Assembly (NCBI GenBank): GCA_964016885.1 | Contig: OZ024743.1 | Coordinates: 359,600,001 to 359,664,000 of the forward strand | Length of the DNA stretch: 64,000 bases | From: Eledone cirrhosa | Taxonomy: Eukaryota | Direction of reading: 5' to 3' | In this document: positions 40,194-53,480 of the stretch, piece after piece | Numbering within the stretch: the stretch's first letter is position 1 | Layout: each line of letters opens with the position of its first letter | Made by a program: the position numbers and the translations under genes | The notes under the pieces: model-generated | What the model was told of the DNA's origin: nothing | Databases searched by the model: none | Seen by the model: only the letters and a program-made list of their open reading frames with translations

Positions 40194-43100
40194 ATGTGTG
40201 TTTTTATTTTTCCTTTCCTTCTTCCTTGTCCAGCCTCAATTTCATATAGATTATATTTTTGTTTTTAAAATTCAACGCCAATAAATACACCAGGATTTTT
40301 TCATTCTGATGATTGAAAGCAAAATTTTTTTGCTTTTAAGAAACCACTGGTAAATGAAATAATTGCCTTATGTTGTTTATTACATAACAATTAAGCTCTG
40401 TTACCTACATAGAGCACTCTTTTTTCCTGGACTTTTCCGACGGAATTACTTCATTTATACAGCTCCAACCGGGATTGATTGAAGCATATTCTATATTACA
40501 TATACGATTGGCACTTTCCAGCCCGATTAGTTGAGCACTCTACAGTTTTCAGGAATTTAGCCAACTTACACCATGGACCTTTATGAATTGGATTATTCAA
40601 TCAAAAATATACCTACTCCTTCCAACACAACTTATACCAAAATGCTTATAGATAAAATCGTTAAAAGAATGAGATGGAAGGCAATGGTTTACGATGGACT
40701 ATTCAGTGCTGATACTAATGATTGTTTTGACATATAATCCCGTAAATATCCACCTAGAATTAAAGACATGGCCAACTTCGAATTAGACCTTGTTAATTTA
40801 ATTAGTGATATCAAATTTCGTAAGTACAATAATAATTTTCAAACTAAACTGTCTAACGATATTTCTAATTTTAAAAATGCTACAAACACCTTTGTTCTTT
40901 CCGATAAAACTAAAAATCTCTTTGAAGTTAATAGTATTTTGTATAACCAACTTTTAACTAATAGTATCACCAACAAATATCAATTAACTAATAATAATAC
41001 CTACAATACTATTAATAAAGAAGCTAAAGAACTAGCTAATTCTTTAAAAATAGACAACCGGATTGAAAGCCTAGCTAAGGGTAAAGCATATATTTCCCTT
41101 AAAGACCATAAATTAGACTTTACTAATCGACCTAGTTGTAGACTGATTAACCCGGCTAAATCCGAAGTTGGCCTTGCAAGTAAAAAAATCTTAAGAAAAA
41201 TAATTCTCCAAATTAGAACTAAGACTGACCTATCACAATGGTTAAATACTTCCTCTGTTATTTCTTGGTTTAATAATATACAAGGTAAAATTAAGTGTAG
41301 ATTTACCTAATTTGATATTGTTGATTTTTACCCCTCTATTACTGTTTCCTTATTAACTAATGCCTTAGAGTTTGCCAGACCCTTCATTAATATTTCTAAA
41401 TTAGAAGAAGACATTATATTTCATGCTAGAAAAACTTTACTCTTTACTAATGAAACTATTTGGGTTAAAAAGTCAAACCCTGAAAACTCTTTTGATGTTG
41501 CAATGTGTTCTTATGACAGTGCGGATGTGTGTGACTTAGTAGGATTATTCCTTCTCCACACCCTCAAAGAGAAATTTCCTTCCCATAATATCGGTTTCTC
41601 ATACCACCAACGGCCATAACCTTCATAAATTCCGTAAAGATTTAATCAATACTTTTGCTAATCTTAACATTAAAATTACTATAGATACGAACCTTACCAA
41701 TGCTAACTTTCTTGACATTAATCTTGATCTACTTACCGCCTCTTTTAAACCTTATAATAAACCTAATGAAAATCTTAGATATATACACAAAGAGTCTTGG
41801 CATCCCCCTATAGTTTTAAAAAATCTTATTCCCAACATTAGCCGTAGGATTTCTACCTTATCTTCGGCTCTAGACATTTTTATTAAAGTCGCCCCTTATT
41901 ATAATAAAGCCCCTAATAACAGCGGTTTTACAGAACAAATTTATTATTTACCTAAAATTAACCACAATAATAGGAAAAGGAAAATTATTTGGTTTACACC
42001 CACCCCTTCTCTCTAACTGTCAAAACTATGCAGGAAGGAAATTCCCTGACCTCTTAGATAAACATTTTCCTCCTAATCATAGATATTATAAGATATTTTA
42101 TAGAAATGTAGTTAAGATCAGTTACTCTTGTTGCCCATCAATGAAGTCTAAGATCACTAATTCAAATCGTACGAGAACAAATTAGGATGCAGTTGCAGGA
42201 AGCCGGATGAATGCCCATTACAGGGCAAATGTAACACCAAATCCGTTGTTTATGAGGCCAAAGTGACACCTTTAATCAACAACCAGCCAGCCAGGAGCAG
42301 GCGATATGTTGGCATGACCCAGGACAGGTTTAAAACCAGGTTTTATGCACATGTCGCTTCTTTTAAGCACTCCGATAAACGAACAGCAACGGCCCTCGCT
42401 AGTAAGGTGTGGGAATTCAGGATAAAAAGATCCCGCACTCTATCGATTGGTCTATTTTAGACCATTCGAGGGAGTACCAAAGGGGCACAAAGAATTGTTC
42501 TTTGTGTACCACGGAAAAATATAGGATTATGCTAAACTTGAAAGCCACTTCTGCTTGACTGAACTCAAAGACCGAGATCTTCAGATGTTGTCCTCATCTG
42601 AAATCACATCTGATCTGTAACTGGATTGACATTCCTACGAAAACTCAACCACCTTGAACTCCTTCTCTGCTCTTTAATTCCACTACGGTTTTTTTACTTG
42701 CTGAATCCACGTTCTGTACTCTCGTATTCTCTTTCTCCCTTATCTCCCCTTATATTTAAACCTTTTCCTATGTCATTTATTTCCCACCCCCCTACTTTCT
42801 GCCTTACCCTTCACATACCAAATTTTTTTTATTTTTAGATATTTATTTTTTTGTGTTGCGTATATATATGTATATGTGTATATATGTATATATATATATA
42901 TATGTATGTATATATATATATGTGTATGTATATGTGTGTGTATATGTATATGTGTATGTATATGTGTGTATGTATGTTTATATCTATCTGTATGTATATG
43001 TATATATATAATTGTATATTATATACTGCTGTATTTGTGCGTGTGTATATATATATATATATATATACGTGTGTGTATGTATGTGTGTATATATAGATTT

Positions 43101-43228
43101 AATGTGTGTGTATGGACGTGTGTATATTTGTGCGTGTATATGTATTTTTTATATAATGGTTTTGTGTGTATATATATAATGGCCTCAGAAACGGCTTGAG
43201 CTCTGCCGTGGGGTCAGACTTTTTCCTA

Positions 43229-43277
<49 letters not shown>

Positions 43278-43686
43278 GTATATGTATGTGTGGGTGTATT
43301 TCTATGGTTGTGTTTGTGTGTGTGTATGTATATATGTGTATATATATGTATATATATATATGTATGTGTGTATGTATATGCATAATTACATACAGTGATT
43401 TAATGCTTATTTTCATTGATCTTTTGCTCCACGAACTTGTTGAGTGCTCTAAATCTGCTATAAGCATTTATACCCTTTTCTAAATATATTTTTTTATTTA
43501 TTATTTGTCGTATTCCCAACTTTTTATTTTCATTTTTATTTTTATTTTTATATATACAATATTTTGTTTTTTTTATATATATAATATTTATGTTCTTTCT
43601 TATATATATATATATAATTATATGTGTGCGTGTGTGTGTATGTATGTATGCATACATATGTGTATGTTTATGTGTGTGTAGGTATA

Positions 43687-43723
<37 letters not shown>

Positions 43724-43891
43724 GTATATATGTGTATATGTATATATATATATATATATTTTAGAGTTAAACAAGGTTCATATGAATTATCTAAGAATGA
43801 GTTTTACACACATATATATGTGTGTGTTTGTATTTGTATGTATGTGTTTGTGATATGTATGTATATGTATGTGTATGTATGTATGGATATG

Positions 43892-43938
<47 letters not shown>

Positions 43939-44715
43939 ATATATGTATATGTGTGTGTGTGTATGTATATGTGTATGCGAATGTATGTGTTTATGTATTT
44001 GTATATGTATGTGTATGTGTGAGAGTGTGTGTATGTATTTATGTTTACGTATGTATGTGTACGTGCATTTGTGTGTATTGCTTACCACGTGTGTTTGTTC
44101 ATTTATTTGTTGCCTGTATCGCTGGCAACACTATAATAATCTTTATATTCATTTTTATTGTTTTATTATAATATATTTTTTCTTATATTTATTTGTGTGT
44201 GTGAGTATGTAGGTGTGGTATATATTTCTATATTTGTGCATGCGTATGTATGCGTGTATATATGTGTGTATGTATGTGTATGTATGTACGTGTGTATATA
44301 CGTATGATTGTGTGTATGTATATATGTATGTATATGTATGTGTATATATATATATATGTATGTGTGTATATGTATGTATGTGTGTGTATGTATGTATATA
44401 TATGTTTATGTGTAAGTATATAGATATATGCATGTATATGTGTGTGTGTGCGTGTGTGTATGCACGTTTGTGTATTTGTATGTATATGTATGTATGGATA
44501 TGTTGATATTTATGTGTGTATGTATGAATGTGTATATGTATGTGTATGTATATATATACACATATATATATGTGTGTGTGTGTATGTGTGTGTGTATGTA
44601 TGTGTGTATGTATATAGTATATATATATATGTGTATGTATATAATTGTGTGTGTGTATGTATGTGTTTGCATGTGTGTTTTTATTTTTCATTTCCTTCTT
44701 CCTTTTCCAGCCTCA
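39715..44715 (+). mobile_element. Naiad-like Penelope element B: decayed full coding span 40573-42657 flanked by direct repeats
   Basis: MDLYELDYSIKNIP..RMRWKA..CSCRKPDECPLQGKC..VVYEAKV..YVGMTQDRFKTRF..CSLC..LNSKTE..CCPH; direct repeats 39715-40238 and 44212-44715; the YRDD region is deleted near 41595. Confidence 0.9.
40299..40359 (+). ncRNA. Hammerhead ribozyme motif in the Naiad B pseudo-LTR
   Basis: TTTCATT-CTGATGA-TTGAAAGCAAAA/TTTTGCTTTTAA-GAAAC-CACTG-GTA-AATGAAA; perfect 7-bp stem I. Confidence 0.85.
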
Positions 44716-44719
44716 CATA

Positions 44720-45340
44720 GCCTCACATAGCTAGCATCAACAGAAATAGGCTTAAAAACCACACACAACCAGAAGATGGCAATACAAGCACTCAGCAGAA
44801 CCATGTGAAAGGAGGGAAGGAGGGACCCAGAGCCCACCCAAGAAACCCAAACAGACCCGGGGACCCCCCACCGTGCCTGGGGGAAGATCAACATGTAACA
44901 CATAACGGGAACCCTAATCTAGGCACGCTGAGGTCGATCAGCCTCTGCAACTGCAGAAACCCCGAATCATGCCCCCTTGGTAATGAATGCCTCAAGAAGA
45001 ACATAGTATACGGTTGTAGGGTTAAACCCCCCAACTTCGAACACCTCTACATAGGAACCATATCAACGAGCTTTAAATACCACTGGTACAACCATCGCCA
45101 TTCATTCAATAAGGAGGCCAAAAGGAAAAGCACGGTTCTCTCCGACCTGATCTGGAAGCTTAAGCTGGACAGGACCCCGTACTCTCTGGCCTGGTACATA
45201 ATCAGGAAAGTACCACCCGATAAAGGGAAACTTGCATATGCAAACTATGCCTGAACGAGACCGTCGAGATACTAAGAGGTGGAAGCGGCAGAATAAACCT
45301 CAGAACCGACTTCTTCGGGACATGCAGACACCTTAGAGCC
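44720..45340 (+). mobile_element. Naiad-like element C, 3' fragment (CxC-C-C linker plus GIY-YIG)
   Basis: CNCRNPESCPLGNECLKKNIVYGC..LYIGT..HRHSF..LSDLIWKLK..CKLC. Confidence 0.85.
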
Positions 45341-45344
45341 GGGA

Positions 45345-45510
45345 TTCCTCAAGATATATGGACAGTAGCAACACAAGAACATGTGAACTCCCCTCAAGCT
45401 ATAGGGACTTCTACAGAACATGTAAACATCTCTCGGCCAGACCTCCCTCAAGCTATATGGGCAGTAACAACACCCTAGGTTGTGAACTCCCCTCAAGCCA
45501 TAGGGAACAA
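45345..45510 (+). repeat. Short diverged tandem repeat (CCTCAAGCTATA-anchored) in the 3' UTR of fragment C
   Basis: Four CCTCAAG(C/A)(T/C)ATA anchors; TGTGAACTCCCCTCAAGC twice about 100 bp apart. Confidence 0.7.
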
Positions 45511-46221
45511 CCCAGGCTGAGCAAACACCATGATAGCCTAGAGATTGAATCGGACACAGACATTATAATTTGGGCAACATCTATTATAACACAAACACAT
45601 TTTAATTTATTTGATTTCTGATTTTCAAGTTCCAATTTTAAATCTTGATTTCACTTTATTAATTTGTTATTTGTTTTCTGCCCTCTTCACTGTATCACCT
45701 TATATTTATATTTATTTTTAAGTTGAGATTGATTATAACACAAACACATTTTGTTTGATTATCTTATTTTAACATCTTGTTCCTCATACCAATCTATCCA
45801 ACATATTTCTGACCTTGAGATTGGTTATAGCATACACACACATTATCCTACTTAATTTGAATCTTCATTTTATTTTTCACTTCTCCATATTCATTTTCAT
45901 TACTTTTTCACCAATTTTTACATTTATTCTTTATTCTTTATTCTCTATTTATTATTTATTATTTATTTTCAAATTATACAAATTATATTATTTATTTTCT
46001 GTTTTCTTCATTTATTGCCTTATATACATGGTACCCCCCCTCCCCCAACCACCACCACCACCACCACCACTATGAGAGATGGTGGCAGGAGGATGAAGGG
46101 AAAAAACACACACAGATACCTCTAAATTCTCAGCAGCAGCAAGACATAAGCTGACCACAACACCAACAACAATACCAAAATAATGGTAGAGGTCAAATGT
46201 ATACATATATATATATATTTA

Positions 46222-46300
<79 letters not shown>

Positions 46301-46324
46301 TTTATATATATACATATATATATT

Positions 46325-46375
<51 letters not shown>

Positions 46376-46507
46376 TTATATAAAGAATTAAAAAGAACAG
46401 AAAGATGCAGTAAAAGAGATTTATTCGGTTCTTACATACGTTTCAATAGACATCTATTTGCCTAGATATCGCTACATCTATAATATTATATATTTTTTAT
46501 ATATTTA

Positions 46508-46542
<35 letters not shown>

Positions 46543-46569
46543 TTATATATATATACATATATATATATT

Positions 46570-46600
<31 letters not shown>

Positions 46601-47307
46601 TTATATATATATATATACATATATATATATTTATATATATATTCAGTAATTAGGAGTATTCCAAAGCTTGGTAGAACAAGTTGTGAGGAAAGTTCTCAAC
46701 ATACGTTAAGGTGACTCAACAGGTTGATAGGGATTCATTAGTGGAAACACGAACAAACGAGGAGTGTAATCAAAGAAGAGAGAAATAGGACGAAGGTAAA
46801 CAGTTACAAAAAAATGTAATCCACGTATTAACAATTGTTTTATCAGAATTTCAGTCCATTATTGCTACACTATGTTATAATAGGCAATCAAGAAAGATAC
46901 TGTAGCATCCGAATTTGCAAAATACAAAGTTGGAATGACCTTAGGAAATGAAATAAGGGGTAGTAGTGTAAGATAGAGGAACAGAGAGAGAGAGGGGTAA
47001 AAGAGAGGGAGAGAGAGAGAGAGAAAATTAATGCAGGTAGGGAGAGAAAGAGAAAGAGATAGGGTGGTGTGAGAGGATTTGTATAGAATATAGTGAAGTT
47101 ACAAGAAGGGAGGGAGTGGAGGGTTGTGTGCTAAAAGTTGTGATGAGTAGAGGGAGAGAGAAGGAAGATATAATTTCAAGTGGCATTTGGTAGTGGACAG
47201 GCGAAAGTCTTACCAGAGTATAGATGAAGGAAGAAAGTATTAAATTTCATATATAGTCTATTGTTAGGAGTGTGGTATTGTTATTTAGGGTAGAAAGAGT
47301 GGTAGTG

Positions 47308-47745
47308 TTAAGATTTAGTTGAAGGTTTGAAGTGTGAGAATTTCGCTTTCAGTTTATGCTGGCAAAAAATTGATCTTTCAATTTTGTTGTTTAGTAGTTG
47401 GTGGCTTGAGCTTAGGATATGGAAGAGCTCATTATTACACAACAGGCACGTTTTCATCCCACTCCGGTATGGAGGAGCATGTGAGAGTTTGGTCCATTTA
47501 AGGGTGCATTGTCGTCGGTTATTCCCTTTTAAGTGCCAAATTTTGTCGGCGAGAGTCGTTACGTAACGGTGTTGGTGGTGCTTTATTGCGTAACGATGCG
47601 TGTACCAACGAGTTTTGAAGGTGTTTGCAGTGCTGCCTATATAGTGCCAGGTTTGGTTGCCCGACTCAACCGAGCACCTGTACACTAGGTTTGAATGCAA
47701 ACATTCGTTATTCAATGGACAAGTGTCTGGAAGGTGGCAATTACA
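47308..47745 (-). pseudogene. Naiad-like GIY-YIG endonuclease
   Basis: CNCHLPDTCPLNNECL..LVYRC..YIGST..FKTRWYTH..CLLC..LLNN..CQH. Confidence 0.9.
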
Positions 47746-48208
47746 ATTTCTGTTATGGGCAGTGGTGGAGTTATAGGTGGGCTGGGATGTGTGTGTGAGT
47801 GTGTTTAGTGCATACTGTTTGTTAGTGGGTGGTAGGTGTATTATTGTGTTGAGTGATTGGGGTGTTGTTGTTACGGAGTTTTTTGGCGTTGCGCATCTTA
47901 ATGTTTGCGTCTAGGTTTGGTGCAGTGGAATAAGATAGTCTAATTGTTTTGGTATTAAGTATACTACTATATTTATGTGAATTTGGAAGGTGTTTTTTTA
48001 TAATTTTGTAGAATGTGGAAGGTAAGTTAGAGCTAATAGAAGAGTTAAAAATAGGATTATACCAAATGTAAGATCTACTCCGTGTTCTGTTTTGCTTTGA
48101 TGTTGCTGTTGTATTTGTGGTGTGGTTAGTATTAGGGGTTCTAGGTGCGTGTGTGCGGGTGTTTGTGGGGCGTTTGGCGTGTCTATGGTTATGTGTTTTA
48201 TGGTTGTG

Positions 48209-49567
48209 TCAGTCCATGTATTCTAGTTTGTCGGTGTGGCCAGGCCGTTCTAATGCAGTGTTGTAGTATTCAGCGTGTTGATCGAATATTTGTTGGTTAG
48301 ATGAGAGGCGGGATATTCTAAGTGATATACTATGTGGCACGGACCTTATAATAGATAGTGGGTGGTTAGAGCTAGTGTCGATGTAGGTGAGGTTCTCATT
48401 GTTTTTGTGAAAGGGTGTGATAATTTGGGTGCTGAGGTTGAAGGTGGCATCTAGGAAATTAACTACTTTGGTACTATATTCGTAGGTGATTTTAAGGCCA
48501 AGGCTATCTAGGGTTCTTCTAATGCTCTTACGGGTTCGCTCTATGTTTTGTTTATTCATGTTTTTAACTAATAGGAGAGCGTCATCTCTATATATTCCGC
48601 CTTGAAGGTAACTAAATTTATTATGTAAGGTGTGGACTATGTATATACCAACAATATCCGTAACTTGTGCTGAGTCATTAGCACCCATAGTTATGTCAAA
48701 GTTATCTATTCTATCCTTACGTACCCAAAAGTTATTTTCAAATTTAATTATCGTCGTTCTAGCTGCTAGGATAATGTTTATTTCGTCGTCGGTTAAGTCA
48801 GAGTTGGCTTTCGCAAATGCTAGTGCCTTGTTTAGAGTATCGGGTGATATGGAGGAGTAGTAGTCATTAATGTCGAATTGTATAAAGTTAGAGGTATTTT
48901 TGTTATCTATACTATTAAACCATTTAATTGTGTCGCTAGTATTGTCCCAAAGTTTAATAACTAGTTTATTCCTTAATTGTATTATTATTCTATCTAAAAT
49001 ATGCTTGCTAAATTTACCTATGTCTGACTTAGAAGGGCATATTAATCTAATTGTGGGTTTATCTAGGAAATCTAATTTGTGGTCCTTAAGATTAAAGGTG
49101 GGGGTGCAAGTTGTCATGAGCTCAGTTCTATCTTCAAGTTCTAGACTTTTGACAATATGGTGTGCTTGTTTGTTGATGTTAAGTAGTGCTTTGTTATAGG
49201 TTTTCTTATATTGTTTATGTAATTCCTTCCGTATAAGGTCGTGGTAGGTATTAATGTCCATTGTGTACACGTTAGATGTTTTATCCGCTTTGACAATAAT
49301 CCCGTTAGTGATGCGCAGCTTGATTAGAAAGGTATCCATGTTATTATGAAGCTTGTTGGTTTTGAACTTCTTATATTTAGTATTCATGACCATCTTAAGT
49401 AAGTCCTGTTCAAAGACGTCTAGTAGAGGGTTAGTGGGTGGATTTTTACAGGAGTTGAACCCATATGTATTCTTTCCAGAGTTCGCGGTATAATCCTTAC
49501 GCCCTTTGTCGAAGTGGAATGTTTTCCATCTGACGCGGCGTATGAAATCGTTGGTGCGCTGGATCAT
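48209..49567 (-). pseudogene. Naiad-like reverse transcriptase
   Basis: RRVRWK, KADKTSN, QFDINDYYSSI, MGANDSAQ, GIYRDD, VNFLD, SSNHP. Confidence 0.9.
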
Positions 49568-51494
49568 TCCAAGAGTGTAATCCTTCCTTTTGGGTAAAGG
49601 TATATTCTATAGGAACATACCGATGTAATGTTTTTCCATGTCCAAGGCGTAAGTTGAAGTGGTGGCTCAACCAGATAGGAGCATAGATTCAGTAATTAGG
49701 AGTATTCCAAAGCTTGGTAGAACAAGTTGTGAGGAAAGTTCTCAACATACGTTAAGGTGACTCAACAGGTTGGTAGGGATTCAGTAGTGGAAACACGAAC
49801 AAACGAGGAGTGTAATCAAAGAAGAGAGAAATAGGACGAAGGTAAACAGTTACAAAAGAATTTAATCCACGTATTAACAATTGTTTCATCAGGATTTCAG
49901 TCCATTATTGCTACACTATGTAATAATAGGCAATCAAGAAAGATACTGTAGCATCCGAATTTTCAAAATACAAAGTTGGAATGACCTTGGGAAATGAAAT
50001 AAGGAGTAGCAGTGTAAGATAGAGGAATAGAGAGAGAGAGGGGCAAAAGAGAGGGAGAGAGAGAGAGAAAAGGGATGGAGGTAGGAAGAGAAAGAGATAG
50101 GGTGGTGTGAGAGGATTTGTATAGAATATAGTGAAGTTACAAGAAGGGAGGGGGAGGAGGGTTGTGTGCTAAAAGTTGTGATGAGTAGAGGGAGAGAAAA
50201 GGAAGATATAATTTTAAGTGGCATTTGATAGTGTACAGGCGAAAGTCTTACCAGAGTATAGATGAAGGAAGAAAGTATTAAATTTCATATATAGTCTATT
50301 TTTAGGAGTGTGGAATTGTTATTTAGGGTAGAAAGAGAGGTAGTGTTAAGATTTAGTTGAAGGTTTGAAGTGTGAGAATTTCGCTTTCAGTTTATGCTGG
50401 CAAAAAATTGACCTTTCAATTTTGTTGTTTCGTAGTTGGTGGCTTGAGCTTAGGATATGGAAGAGCTCATTATTACACAACGGACACGTTTTCATCCCAC
50501 TCATGTGAGAGTTTGGTCCATTTACAATACACCCTTAAATGGACCAAACTCTCACATGCTCCTCCATACCGGAGTGGGATGAAAACGTACCCGTTGTGTA
50601 ATAATGAGCTCTTCCATATCCTAAGCTCAAGCCACCAACTACGAAACAACAAAATTGAAAGGTCAATTTTTTGCCAGCATAAACTGAAAACGAAATTCTC
50701 ACACTTCAAACCTTCAACTAAATCTTAACACTACCTCTCTTTCTATCCTAAATAACAATTCCACACTCCTAAAAATAGACTATATATGAAATTTAATACT
50801 TTCTTCCTTCATCTATACTCTGGTAAGACTTTCGCCTGTCCACTACCAAATGCCACTTAAAATTATATCTTCCTTCTCTCTCCCTCTACTCATCACAACT
50901 TTTAGCACACAACCCTCCTCCCCCTCCCTTCTTGCAACTTCACTATATTCTATACAAATCCTCTCACACCACCCTATCTCTTTCTCTTTCTCTCCCTACC
51001 TGCAACCCTTTTCTCTCTCTCTCTCCCTCTCTTTTACCCCTCTCTTTCTCTGTTCCTCTATCTTACACTACTACCCCTTATTTCATTTCCTAAGGTCATT
51101 CCAACTTTGTATTTTGAAAATTCGGATGCTACAGTATCTTTCTTGATTGCCTATTATTACATAGTGTAGCAATAATGGACTGAAATTCTGATGAAACAAT
51201 TGTTAATACATGGATTAAATTCTTTTGTAACTGTTTACCTTCGTCCTATTTCTCTCTTCTTTTATTGATATATATATAAATGGAATAGAATGAAACGAAA
51301 TTTCATTTCTCACTCATAGTACGGCACTTACTTAAATGCAAGTATGTATGTATACGTACATACACATATGTATACAGACGTACAGTAGTATGTATATATA
51401 TACATACATGCACACACATATATATATATATGCACGTATCGGTTTACCGAACATTTATTATAATGCTCGGTTTGTTTGTTTCTCTCTCTCTCTC

Positions 51495-51619
<125 letters not shown>

Positions 51620-51851
51620 TGATAGATATTACGAGCATCTGTAATTTCTAAATTTCACTCACAAACCAAACTGAGGCTATAGAAGAAGACATTTGCTGAA
51701 AGTGCCACTGTAACGAGACAGAGTCTAGAATCACTAGACGTAGGATTTTAAAATATTTTCGATATTCTAAAGTTTCGCTGAAAAATGTACAATATAGTTC
51801 ATTCCCCATGAGAACAATCAAATTATATTTTTATTCATTATTTAGTTTGAT

Positions 51852-52067
51852 AAGGGCGCTGGTTTGGCAGTATCGTTAGAGGGTCGAACGCCATGATTTG
51901 CAGCATAGTGTTACGACCCTTTATGATCCGAGTTCGAATTCCGCCGGGGTTAACTTTGCCTTTCATACTTACGGGATCGATAAAATAAAGTACCAGTCAC
52001 TCACTGGCGTCGATTTAATCGACTTTTCCCTTCCCCAAATTGCTGGCCTTGTGCCTATATAATAAAC
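51852..52067 (+). mobile_element. Full-length long-form tRNA-SINE with ~16-bp TSD
   Basis: TSD CATTATTTAGTT(T/C)GAT at 51836-51851 and 52068-52083. Confidence 0.88.
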
Positions 52068-52814
52068 CATTATTTAGTTCGATTTATGAATATATACAAA
52101 ACTGTTCAAAATGTAGACACTTAGTTAGCTATCAATGCGCTAAATAAATCCGCTCCAGAAAGTTGAATTGTAAAGACAAATCCGACATTGTTTGAATTTA
52201 AAACACAAATAACCAACATTGCTATTGTTATCACCTAATATATTTCCAGTATGTTTTCGACTTCACATTCGTTGAAATATTCGTATTTTCATTTTCAGTG
52301 AGTGTTGGCAACCCTGCCAAGCTTAGTTGATGGGGAGAAGGATTTTTGGACACCCTGCAAGATATAAAGCAAAAACGGTCAAAGGACAGATAAACTTAGG
52401 AGAGTCAATAGCCATCCAATAATACGTATATATATATATATACACATATATGGAAATATGAGTGTATCTGAATGCATTTATCCTCGCAAACCCACAATAC
52501 CAAGTGTGGCGCCCTTAGTGGACCATGACAGACAGCATCAATCAAAAGCCCAAATTCCCAACAGCTCTGGAGTCTCCATCCATGACCATCGGAGTGACTC
52601 AGTGGACGCTGCGGGAGTAGATGAGATCAGGGGGATGAACGGGAGTGAGATGGAAAGACGACCTCCCTCGTCATTTAGGATCTGAGTAGCCAAGACTGGC
52701 CCTTTTGACTGATGCTGCTTGACGCAGTCCAGGGAGGAGCTCGACCTCCAGGAGTGATAATACACCCCCCCCCCCTCCCCCAAACGTGTGCCTTCCTACC
52801 AAAATCTAATAATA

Positions 52815-53213
52815 ATAATTGTTTCTATTTTTGGCACGAGGCCAGCAATTACCCAGTACATTACTGGTACTTTATTTTATCGACCCCGTAAGGATGAAAG
52901 GCAAAGTTCACCTCGGCGGATTTGAACTCAGATCATAAAGGGACGTAACTCTATGCTTCAAATATGGTGTCCGACTCTCTACTGATACTGCCAATACACC
53001 GCCCTGGTTTCTGAATTTGGCACAAGGCCAATAATTTTAGGGGAGGAGAAAGTCGATCCAATCGAATCTCCAGTGCTTTACTGGTACTTTATTTTATCGA
53101 CCTCAGAAGGATAATAGGCAAAGCTACCATTAGCGGGATTTGAACTCAGAACGTAAAAACTCTTAAGTATATGTCACAAAGCATGTTATCCGGCGCTCTA
53201 CCGATGCTGCCAA
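52815..53213 (-). mobile_element. Two tandem tRNA-SINE copies (short plus long form)
   Basis: Family body and A/B boxes twice; (TAA)n at the left end. Confidence 0.85.
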
Positions 53214-53392
53214 TCTATATAAGGATAAGTTTCTGTAACATTGGACAGTTTTATTAAATTTAAGCATTTTCATTGATCATGAAAACCATTGTTATTAACG
53301 AACACTTTTATGAGCGTTCTCTTTAGTGTTCCAAATCCCTTTTCTAAAGAAAAGGAACGGTTGATTTATTTTTCAAACTATGAATATAAAAA

Positions 53393-53480
53393 CGATAATG
53401 GTGATGATGATGATGATGATAATGAGGATGATGATAATGATGATGATGATGATGATGATGTTAATGAAGATGATGATGTT
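53393..53480. repeat. (GAT)n microsatellite
   Basis: Direct read. Confidence 0.9.

Larger units (their letters stand above)
46641..51265 (-). mobile_element. Naiad-like Penelope element D with tandem pseudo-LTRs and an inverted 5' copy
   Basis: Coding span 49639-47308 (ATG 49639; in-frame TAG 49607-49609 and TGA 48209-48211; one frameshift near 47830); direct repeats 46641-47500 and 49687-50524; inverted copy 50536-51262. Confidence 0.92.

Noticed and set aside
42556-42558. In-frame TGA in Naiad B (and 48209-48211 in Naiad D) as selenocysteine, as reported for some Naiads
   Set aside because: Neither is at a conserved Cys; the Cys motifs use TGY; both copies also have TAA/TAG stops and frameshifts; no SECIS recognised.
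46415-46480. Minus-strand GAAAC-GTAT-GTA with a stem II and AATAAA
   Set aside because: The CUGANGA half is absent (truncated), so it was not counted as a ribozyme.
52525-52575. SECIS-like ATGA-N11-AA pattern
   Set aside because: Helix pairing is poor and there is no linked UGA-containing ORF.
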